Origin: Pseudodesulfovibrio mercurii
Lineage (GTDB): Bacteria; Desulfobacterota; Desulfovibrionia; Desulfovibrionales; Desulfovibrionaceae
Assembly: GCF_000189295.2 (NCBI RefSeq)
Contig: NC_016803.1
Coordinates: forward strand, 1,380,001-1,412,000
Direction: 5' to 3'
Length of the DNA: 32,000 bases
This document shows, one piece after another, positions 24,846 to 32,000 of the stretch (position 1 is its first letter; every line of letters begins with the position of its first letter). The translations under genes were made by a program, and so were the position numbers. Below the pieces are notes generated by a model. It saw nothing but the letters and a program-made list of their open reading frames with translations. It was not told where the DNA came from and searched no databases.

Positions 24846-27800
24846 ATGGCGGACGCGAAAATACACCAGCTTGATGTTTCCCTGCCCGGAGCGGGCAATA
24901 CCCAGACCTACCACCTCGATCCGGGCACCCCGGTCAAGTTCGAGTTCGATCTGGCCAACGCCGTGTTCTCCGGCACGGACGGCAACCTCCAGATCACCGT
25001 GGAGGGCGGCGGCACCGTCATCCTTGAGAATTACCAGGCCCTGGCCGACTCCGGCGGCCTGCCGCTGTTCGAGATGGTCAACGGCGAGCAGGTGGCGGGC
25101 GACGTCTACATCTTCGCCTTCGACGGCGTGGACCAGAACGCCGACGTGGAGACCGCCGCTGGCAACAACACCGGCAGCTCCGGCGCGGGCCAGTACAACG
25201 ACGATCCCGGCACGCTCTTCGCGGGCATCCAGGCCCTGGGCGGCCAGGGCGACGCCTACGACGGGCACGCCTTCCCCACCCTCGTCGGCGTGCTCGGCAA
25301 CGTGGCCCCCATCGCCAACGACGACGCGGCCTCCGTCACCGAAGAGGGCGATCCCGACTTCATCGTCGGCCGCCATATCGTCTTCGTGGACAGCGAGGAG
25401 GACTACGCGGCGGCCATGGCGCACGCCGCCGAGGCCGAGGGCGGCCCGGTCTCGGGCGAATATTTCCCCCTGGCCACGGGCGGCGGCTTCTATATCCTGT
25501 ATCCCAACCCCCCGCAGACGGACGAGACCATCCAGGGCAACGTCATCGACAACGACGTGGACCCGGACGGCGACCATGATCTGCTGGCCATGTACACCGT
25601 GGACTACGTGGGCACGAACCACGACGGCGTGGACCCCGACCCGGTGGAGATCACCTCGGACGACACCACCATCGTGGGCAAGTACGGCGTCCTGATCATC
25701 GACACCGACGGCCACTGGGAATACACCCTGAACCAGACCTGGGCCGACGCCATGAACGAGGGCGATCACTACGACGAGGTCTTCCAGTACACCATCGCCG
25801 ACCCCGACGGCGGGGTGTCCAACACCGCCACCCTGACCATCACGGTCAACGGCGCCAACGACATGCCCGTGGCCCACGACGACCTGAACGTCCAGGCCGT
25901 CGAGACCGGCGACTCCACGGACTACGACCTCCACGCCTCCGTGTACGACGCCGACCTGAACGGCGAGGGCGGCCAGGTCACGGTGCACGACAGCGACCAT
26001 TACGACTATACCTCGGGCGGCAACGTGCTCATCCACGGCAACGTCCTGGCGGGCGACGACGCGGGCTCCGTGAGCGACACGGACGTGGACGCCGGCGACT
26101 CCCCGGACGGCCGGACCATGTTCGTGGTCGGCGTGTACTCCCACGCCACCGAGACCGTGGACTACATCCTGCCCGACGAGCAGAACCCCGACTTCACCCC
26201 CTCCGCGGACCAGGCCTACGACCAGGCCGCCATGGACCCGACCGCCTCGGTCACGGTCAACGGCGAGTTCGGCGTGCTGACCATCCACGCGGACGGCTCC
26301 TACGACTACCGCCTGTACACCCCCGAAGACGGCGACGCCTATGACGCCCTCAACGCCCTGAACTACGGCAGCGAGGACAACGTGGACGCCTTCTCCTACG
26401 GCATCATGGACGACTCCGGGGCCTTCAGCTACGCCAACATCTCCTTCACGGTGAACGGCGCCAACGACGCCCCCACGGCCAACGCCGACGTGAACAACGT
26501 GGCCGAATTCGGCCTGCGGTTCGCGGACGACGCCGACTACTCCGCCGTGGTCACCGGCAACGTGGTCGCGGGCGACGCCAACGGCGGCGTGGCCGACAGC
26601 GATGCGGACGACTCCCTGATGTACGTCTCCACGGTCTCCTCCCAGACCGGGGAAAGCGACACCCTGTACACCGACGACAACATGGACCCGGACGGGACCG
26701 TGACCATCAACGGCGAGTACGGCATCCTGACCATCCATGCGGACGGCAGCTATTCCTACGCACTCCAGAACGAGTGGGACAACGTCCAGGCCCTGAACGA
26801 GGACGACACCAGGACCGACGTCTTCACCTACACCCTGACCAACGCCTACGACGACGGCGTGTACAGCGCGCCCACCACCCTGACCATCAACGTTTCCGGC
26901 TCCAACGACGCCCCGGTGGCAGTGGCCGACGCCAACGCCTTCGTCGAGTCCGTGGACGACGAGGCGGCCGTGTCCGTCATCGGCAACCTGCTGGCGGGCG
27001 ACGCAAGCGGCGGCGTGGCCGACACCGACGTGGACAACTCCCTGTCCGACTTCACCGTGACCGGCGTGACCAGCGACAACACCACCAACACCGCGACCGC
27101 AGACACCGACGGCTACGACTTCGTGCTCAAGGGCGAGTACGGCACCCTCTATCTGAACGAGGACGGCTCCTACAAGTACGTGGAGGATCAGAACGCCACC
27201 AATTGGATGAACAACGACAGCACCCCGGTGACCGACGTCTTCACCTACACCATGTCCGACAACGAGGCCACGAACACCGGGTATTCCTCCTCCACCCTGA
27301 CCATCACCATCGATGGAGCCAACGACGCCCCCACGGCCCAGGCCGACACCAATACCCTGACCGAGTCCGTGGACGACGCGGCCGCCTCCTTCACCACCGG
27401 CAACGTGCTGGCGGGCGACGAGCACGGCGGCGTGGCCGACACCGACGTGGACAACGACCTGTCCGACTTCACCGTGACCGGCGTGACCAGCGACAACACC
27501 ACCAACACCGCGACCACAGACACCGACGGCTACGACTTCGTGCTCAAGGGCGAATACGGCACCCTCTACCTGAACGAGGACGGCTCCTACAAGTACGTGG
27601 AGGATCCCGACGCCACCGACTCCCTGAACGTCGACGACCACCCGACCGACGTCTTCACCTACACCATGTCCGACAACCAGGACGGCGACGCCAAGGAAAG
27701 CACCGCCACCCTGACCGTGACCATCGACGGGGCCAACGACTCGCCGACCATCGACCTGTCCATGGGCACGGTCCACTTCGTCAGCGAGAACGCCGACTAC

Positions 27801-30800
27801 AACAACATGATCGGCACCTACGAACTCGACGCGGACGGCAACCCGATCAATCCGCAGATCATCCTGGAAAACATCAACACCGCGCACGAGGGCGACCTGC
27901 TGACCACCTACGAGGACGGCCAGGAACTGCACTACTTCCTGGTCAGCGTGGGCCGAGGCGCGACCCCCACCGGCACGCCCGAGTTCGTCCTGAACACCGA
28001 GACCGGCGAGTGGGATATATCCTTCAGCGGCAGCAACAAGGTCTACGACGCCCGCTTCGACAACATGGACCTGAACGTCGGCGACCCCGAGAGCACCTTC
28101 CGGATCGAGGACCTGGCCGACGGCCGCCTCCTGAGCGTGGACGACCAGCTCAAGGAGGGCTACAAGAGCCGCGGCGACGATGACGATTACGACGACGTCA
28201 TCATACTGGAACACGACGATCCCGGCACCGGATTCGAGAACACCTTCACCGAGGGCGGCGGCCCCGTGCTCATCGCCGGCGAGGTGAACATCTCGGACGT
28301 GGACTCCGCGAATATGTCCCAGGCGGTCATCACCCTGACCAACGCCCAGGACGGCGACTCCCTGAACATCGACACCTCGGCCCTGCCGTCGGGCATCACC
28401 GCCACGGTCAACGGCACCGAGATCATCCTCTCCGGCGACGCACCCATCTCGGACTACGAGTCGGCCATCGAGCTGATCACCTACAACAACGGCTCGGATG
28501 ACCCGGACACCAGCGACCGGCTGATCGACGTCCGGGTCTGGGACGACGGTGCCGATCCGACGGGCGCGCCGAGCAACATCGCCACGGCGACCATCCATAT
28601 CATCGCGGTGGAAAACAACACCCCGCCCGTGGCCGTGGACGACACCGGCACCGGCACGAGCACCGGCGACGTCGAGGGCATGAGCGTGATTCCCGGTTCC
28701 GACGGCTACACCCTGGTGGCCCAGGAATACGACAGCCAGTCCGGCGAGTGGGTCTCGGCCGAACTGACCCAGTGGGGCACCGGCAACGGCGCACACTACG
28801 GCGTCGGGGCCGCCTCCGACGGCAACGGCAAGGACCAGTTCATCGAGAACGACGGCGCCGCCGAACGGTTGCTCATCCAGTTCGACGACCCGCAGGAGTC
28901 CGTCAGCCTGAAGTTCACCGCCGACAGCAACGGCCAGGAATCCATCCAGGCGTGGGATGCCGAAGGCAATCCGATCACCGACCTGACCTTCAGCGAAACC
29001 GGCGACGTGCTCACGGTCTCCAGCGCCACCTCGGACATCGCCACGGTGGTGATCATGGCCGACCCCGACGATCCGGACGCCTCGGTGGCCCTCAAGGAGG
29101 TCTACGACTCCACTCCGGCCGACATCTCGTCCGTCGTCTTCGCGGCGGCGGTGGTCACCGGCAACGTTCTGGCCAACGACCATGACGCCCAGGACACCGA
29201 CTACACCGACGGGCCGGGCTACCCGGACGGCTCCACCGAGCTGACCGTCACCGGGGCCGCCGCGGGCGACCTGGACGACCTGACCCAGGCCGAATACGAC
29301 CAGTACCTGGCCGACGGCGACTTCGACGGCGATTCCGGGACCTTCGACCTGGACGACGACGGCGCGGGCGCGACCATCCACGGCCTGTACGGCGACCTGG
29401 TCATCGCCGAGGACGGCTCCTACACCTACACGACTTACGACGGTCTGGCCTCGGGCGACTACACCGAGTCCTTCACCTACCAGGTGTCCGACACGGACGG
29501 CGCCGTGGACTACGGCGTGCTCGAAGTCACCGCGACCATCGACAACCCGGTCCTGACCACCGAGGACGACCTGGGCCACGGGGCCTGGATCACCGACCCC
29601 GGTGAGGACGTCCCGGTCTACGGCTTCGTCGCGGGCGACGTCTCCCACGTGAACTTCTCCGACGTGGACGGCGCCGACAGCTGGGACGCCGTGTCCGACA
29701 GCATCGGCCTCGACGTGAGCGGCGTGACCTCGGTGGGCACCGATTCCAACATCATCCAGGTGGGCCTGCTCGGCATCGGCCTGTCGAGCACGGACCTGGC
29801 CCTGGGGTACTTCGACGGTTCGGGCGAAATCGGTCACGGCCTCGCCCCGAGCCCCTCCGGCTACGTCTCCGCCACCGAATCCATCATCCTCGACTTCGGC
29901 AACGACGGCGTCGAGGAGCCCCAGGACGTGGCGGTCACCCTGCGCAACGTCGGCGACACCGAGGACATCGTCTTCACGGTCACGGACACCGACGGCAACA
30001 CCTACACCTTCCACACCCTCGGGGCGGCCAACGGCACGATCCTGACCGATGCGGGCGGCAGCGGCGTGACCCTGCTCAAGAGCAACAACGAGCAGTACGT
30101 GGTCCAGGGCACGGCCGTGGATGGCGACGGCAACGGCGAGGTGCTCATCGACACCATCACCATCACCGCGGGCACGAACGCCTCGTTCGTCCTGTCGGCC
30201 ATCGACGTGACCGCCGGTGGCTCGTGGCAGCAGACCGGCACCATCCCCGGCACACAGACCATCGTGCCCGCCTCCGGCAACCTGCTGGAAAACGCTTATA
30301 GCTCGGACAACGCGGGCATGACCGCCGCCATCGTGGGCTCGGGCGTGGGCCTCTGGGGCACCCTGACGGTGGACTCCGCCACCGGCGACTGGACCTACAC
30401 GCCCCGCAGCGACGCCTTCAGCGCCGACACCGCGACGGACGGCCCCACCGTGGAGCAGTTCACCTACCAGGTGACCGACGCCCACGGCCTGACCGAGACC
30501 GCCACCCTGTACGTGCCGGTGCACCACAACGCCACGGTCACCGACACCGCCTCCGAAAACGGCGACGTGATGTACGGCAGCGACGGCGACGACACCCTCT
30601 CCGGCCTGGGCGGCAACGACTTCCTGTACGGCGAGGCGGGCGACGACACCATCGACGGCGGCGCGGGTCACGACTACCTGAGCGGCGGCGACGGCATCGA
30701 CCACCTGTACGGCGGCGACGGCAACGACTACCTGTTCGGCGGCAGCGGCGACGACGTGCTGCACGGCGGTGCGGGCAACGACCACCTGTTCGGCGGCAGC

Positions 30801-31247
30801 GGCAACGACACCCTCTGGGGCGGCGCGGGCGACGACGTCATCGACGCCGGTTCCGGCGACGACACCGTCTTCATCAGCTCGGGTCACGACACCGTCACCC
30901 TGGGCGCGGGCGCGGACACCATCATGGTGGACCCGAGCTACCTGACCACCGGCGAGACGCCCAGCTCCATGACCGTGACCGACTTCAACATCCACGAGGG
31001 CGACGCCATCGACCTGGGCAGCCTGTCCAGCGGCGTGGTGGACGTGACCTCCTCCGGCGACAGCGGCGACCTGGTCCTGACCATCGGCGGCGTGGACCCG
31101 GCCGGGGAGGACATCACCATCACCCTGCAGGGCGTGCTCCCGCCGACCCACGACGTGGTCGATCACCACGTGGACCTGTCTGCCACCGGCGACGACCTGA
31201 ACACCGTGGTCCAGCACATCATCAATTCCGGTGGACACACGTCCTAG
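24846..31247 (+). CDS. Giant RTX/VCBS-repeat adhesin, LapA-like type I secretion substrate
   Basis: ATG 24846 lies 7 nt after AGGAG. The track ATG 24747 lies upstream of the promoter candidate. 2133 aa, cysteine-free and strongly acidic. Repeated modules of about 130-140 aa end in T(L/I)T(I/V)xGxND(A/M/S)P, with GxYGxLxIxxDGSYxY cores (VCBS/cadherin-like). 11 consecutive GGxGxDxUx nonapeptides lie near the C-terminus, followed by a roughly 125-aa tail with the TDFNIHEGDAIDL motif. Confidence 0.9.
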   Translation: MADAKIHQLDVSLPGAGNTQTYHLDPGTPVKFEFDLANAVFSGTDGNLQITVEGGGTVILENYQALADSGGLPLFEMVNGEQVAGDVYIFAFDGVDQNADVETAAGNNTGSSGAGQYNDDPGTLFAGIQALGGQGDAYDGHAFPTLVGVLGNVAPIANDDAASVTEEGDPDFIVGRHIVFVDSEEDYAAAMAHAAEAEGGPVSGEYFPLATGGGFYILYPNPPQTDETIQGNVIDNDVDPDGDHDLLAMYTVDYVGTNHDGVDPDPVEITSDDTTIVGKYGVLIIDTDGHWEYTLNQTWADAMNEGDHYDEVFQYTIADPDGGVSNTATLTITVNGANDMPVAHDDLNVQAVETGDSTDYDLHASVYDADLNGEGGQVTVHDSDHYDYTSGGNVLIHGNVLAGDDAGSVSDTDVDAGDSPDGRTMFVVGVYSHATETVDYILPDEQNPDFTPSADQAYDQAAMDPTASVTVNGEFGVLTIHADGSYDYRLYTPEDGDAYDALNALNYGSEDNVDAFSYGIMDDSGAFSYANISFTVNGANDAPTANADVNNVAEFGLRFADDADYSAVVTGNVVAGDANGGVADSDADDSLMYVSTVSSQTGESDTLYTDDNMDPDGTVTINGEYGILTIHADGSYSYALQNEWDNVQALNEDDTRTDVFTYTLTNAYDDGVYSAPTTLTINVSGSNDAPVAVADANAFVESVDDEAAVSVIGNLLAGDASGGVADTDVDNSLSDFTVTGVTSDNTTNTATADTDGYDFVLKGEYGTLYLNEDGSYKYVEDQNATNWMNNDSTPVTDVFTYTMSDNEATNTGYSSSTLTITIDGANDAPTAQADTNTLTESVDDAAASFTTGNVLAGDEHGGVADTDVDNDLSDFTVTGVTSDNTTNTATTDTDGYDFVLKGEYGTLYLNEDGSYKYVEDPDATDSLNVDDHPTDVFTYTMSDNQDGDAKESTATLTVTIDGANDSPTIDLSMGTVHFVSENADYNNMIGTYELDADGNPINPQIILENINTAHEGDLLTTYEDGQELHYFLVSVGRGATPTGTPEFVLNTETGEWDISFSGSNKVYDARFDNMDLNVGDPESTFRIEDLADGRLLSVDDQLKEGYKSRGDDDDYDDVIILEHDDPGTGFENTFTEGGGPVLIAGEVNISDVDSANMSQAVITLTNAQDGDSLNIDTSALPSGITATVNGTEIILSGDAPISDYESAIELITYNNGSDDPDTSDRLIDVRVWDDGADPTGAPSNIATATIHIIAVENNTPPVAVDDTGTGTSTGDVEGMSVIPGSDGYTLVAQEYDSQSGEWVSAELTQWGTGNGAHYGVGAASDGNGKDQFIENDGAAERLLIQFDDPQESVSLKFTADSNGQESIQAWDAEGNPITDLTFSETGDVLTVSSATSDIATVVIMADPDDPDASVALKEVYDSTPADISSVVFAAAVVTGNVLANDHDAQDTDYTDGPGYPDGSTELTVTGAAAGDLDDLTQAEYDQYLADGDFDGDSGTFDLDDDGAGATIHGLYGDLVIAEDGSYTYTTYDGLASGDYTESFTYQVSDTDGAVDYGVLEVTATIDNPVLTTEDDLGHGAWITDPGEDVPVYGFVAGDVSHVNFSDVDGADSWDAVSDSIGLDVSGVTSVGTDSNIIQVGLLGIGLSSTDLALGYFDGSGEIGHGLAPSPSGYVSATESIILDFGNDGVEEPQDVAVTLRNVGDTEDIVFTVTDTDGNTYTFHTLGAANGTILTDAGGSGVTLLKSNNEQYVVQGTAVDGDGNGEVLIDTITITAGTNASFVLSAIDVTAGGSWQQTGTIPGTQTIVPASGNLLENAYSSDNAGMTAAIVGSGVGLWGTLTVDSATGDWTYTPRSDAFSADTATDGPTVEQFTYQVTDAHGLTETATLYVPVHHNATVTDTASENGDVMYGSDGDDTLSGLGGNDFLYGEAGDDTIDGGAGHDYLSGGDGIDHLYGGDGNDYLFGGSGDDVLHGGAGNDHLFGGSGNDTLWGGAGDDVIDAGSGDDTVFISSGHDTVTLGAGADTIMVDPSYLTTGETPSSMTVTDFNIHEGDAIDLGSLSSGVVDVTSSGDSGDLVLTIGGVDPAGEDITITLQGVLPPTHDVVDHHVDLSATGDDLNTVVQHIINSGGHTS
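27008..27606 (+). repeat. Near-identical in-frame tandem duplication inside the adhesin gene (period about 417 nt)
   Basis: 27008-27189 and 27425-27606 differ at 5 of about 182 nt. A second shared block (27230-27263 / 27644-27677) is offset by 414 nt. Other modules of the gene are much more diverged at the DNA level. Confidence 0.85.
30576..30872 (+). repeat. RTX calcium-binding nonapeptide block (11 units)
   Basis: GSDGDDTLS GLGGNDFLY GEAGDDTID GGAGHDYLS GGDGIDHLY GGDGNDYLF GGSGDDVLH GGAGNDHLF GGSGNDTLW GGAGDDVID AGSGDDTVF, read directly from the translation. Confidence 0.9.
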
Positions 31248-31259
31248 ACGAACGACAAC

Positions 31260-31287
31260 CCCGACCCGGCCCCGAGGCCGGGTCGGG
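31260..31287 (+). terminator. GC-rich hairpin after the adhesin stop (terminator or attenuator)
   Basis: CCCGACCCGGCC (31260-31271) / GGCCGGGTCGGG (31276-31287) with a 4-nt loop. It is followed by ATTCCCTTTGC, which is only a weak T tract. Confidence 0.45.
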
Positions 31288-31331
31288 ATTCCCTTTGCAC
31301 AGGCGATTCTCTCCTGAACGGAGATGCGGAT

Positions 31332-32000
31332 ATGAGCGACGACATGAATACGAACGAAACCACCATGCTCGGCACCTACGCCCTGGACGGCAACGTTCCG
31401 GTGGACCCGGAGATCGTTCTGGCCAACTGCCGCGACACGGCCATGCTCGGCCGGCTGGTGGACATGTTCGCGGGCGACCCGGACATCCGGTTCTTCCTGC
31501 TCCCGGACGTGGACCGAGCAGCGGTGGACCTCGCGGGTCCCTTCCATTTCATCCGGGACGCCGGGGACTGGGTGCTGGCCAACAGCGACACCCTGCACCA
31601 CGTCCTGTTCGACGACGCGGGTTTCCATCCCGGCGGGCACGAGGGGACCTTCGCCCTCATCAGGCTGGACGACGGCTCCTATGCCCTGGACACCGGTTCC
31701 CACGCGGACGCGGGCGCGGACCTGCCGCACGACGCCCTGCTCGTGGACATGCCGGGGCACGACATCTTCGTGGACGGGCACACCGCCCACCTGGCCGGGC
31801 ACCCGGACGGCCATACGGCGCACGCGGACGCGGACGACGGCCTGTTCATCGCCCCCTCGGTCCTGGGCGACGGCCAGAGCGAGATCGTGGTCACCAACTT
31901 CACCGTGGGCAGCGACCACCTGCACCTGTCCGAGAACCTGTCCGTCAAGGACGTGGTCGTGGACAACGAGCACGACCTGACCTCGGTGATCCTCGGCCAG
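31332..32000 (+). CDS. Hypothetical acidic His/Asp-rich protein (3' end beyond window)
   Basis: Absent from the supplied ORF track because it has no stop in the window. My own translation from ATG 31332 (ACGGAG 9 nt upstream) gives 223 codons without a stop: MSDDMNTNETTMLGTYALDGNVPVDPEIVLANC...HTAHLAGHPDGHTAHADADDG...VVTNFTVGSDHLHLSENLSVKDVVVDNEHDL. GC3 is high, like neighbouring genes. Confidence 0.55.
   Translation, partial: MSDDMNTNETTMLGTYALDGNVPVDPEIVLANCRDTAMLGRLVDMFAGDPDIRFFLLPDVDRAAVDLAGPFHFIRDAGDWVLANSDTLHHVLFDDAGFHPGGHEGTFALIRLDDGSYALDTGSHADAGADLPHDALLVDMPGHDIFVDGHTAHLAGHPDGHTAHADADDGLFIAPSVLGDGQSEIVVTNFTVGSDHLHLSENLSVKDVVVDNEHDLTSVILGQ

Noticed and set aside
25300-27750. Regularly spaced repeats that could be mistaken for a CRISPR-like array or a satellite.
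   Set aside because: The period is about 400-420 nt, the repeats are in frame, and they encode protein modules within one continuous ORF. There is no short direct repeat and spacer structure anywhere in the window.
24792-31973. A 2393-aa minus-strand ORF, longer than the adhesin gene itself and also spanning the downstream gene.
   Set aside because: It is in the codon-aligned antisense register of the + strand genes, which both start at coordinates divisible by 3. Antisense stops would therefore require sense TTA, CTA or TCA codons, which are essentially unused in these GAC/GGC/ACC/GTG-rich genes. The translation is a V/G/H/A/D-rich string with no motifs and no SD. The + strand shows RTX nonapeptides, VCBS modules, an AGGAG-ATG start and a promoter.

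Overview
High-GC (mid-60s % by eye) chromosomal segment. The gene content (ADP-forming acyl-CoA synthetase, ferredoxin-fused nitroreductase, CGGC-domain protein, LapA-like RTX adhesin) suggests an anaerobic Desulfovibrio-like proteobacterium, but this is inference only. I support 27 CDS, 1 tRNA, 1 dead tRNA fragment and several hairpin terminators. I found no rRNA, CRISPR array, IS, transposase or integrase.

Layout, left to right:
1. 1-5000 (+): 5'-truncated ADP-forming acyl-CoA synthetase, FAD oxidoreductase, RidA and an MFS transporter, closed by a terminator.
2. 5016-9637 (+): overlapping eamA-like/lpxB/proC, then overlapping yhdT-like/panF.
3. 9638-10069: unassigned spacer with a 14-bp perfect palindrome.
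4. 10070-17674: a GntR-controlled locus. CGGC protein and GntR regulator lie on the minus strand. Across an AT-rich control region lie a polar-amino-acid-type ABC importer, an AllC-like amidohydrolase, a divergent KARI-like dehydrogenase and an AllE-like bicupin. I read this as a ureide (allantoate-type) catabolic locus.
5. 17737-19642 (-): a compositionally foreign purT with a structured leader. It is bracketed by an intact tRNA-Ala(GGC) and a degenerate 49-nt direct copy of that tRNA's 3' half, which looks like an integration scar.
6. 19741-24302: ferredoxin-nitroreductase (-), then a tightly coupled SH3b / Tat-exported M48 peptidase / CHASE2 class III cyclase operon (+).
7. 24846-31247 (+): a 2133-aa cysteine-free RTX/VCBS adhesin with a LapA-style N-terminal module carrying a TAAG di-alanine motif.
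8. 31332 to the window end (+): a His/Asp-rich ORF that is missing from the supplied ORF track.

The most interesting items are the purT islet and its leader RNA, the KARI-like enzyme occupying the vacant ureidoglycolate-dehydrogenase position, the periplasmic protease/SH3/cyclase trio next to the adhesin, and the candidate LapG-type processing site. No homology search or RNA-family search could be run, so all family calls rest on motifs read by eye and remembered consensus sequences.
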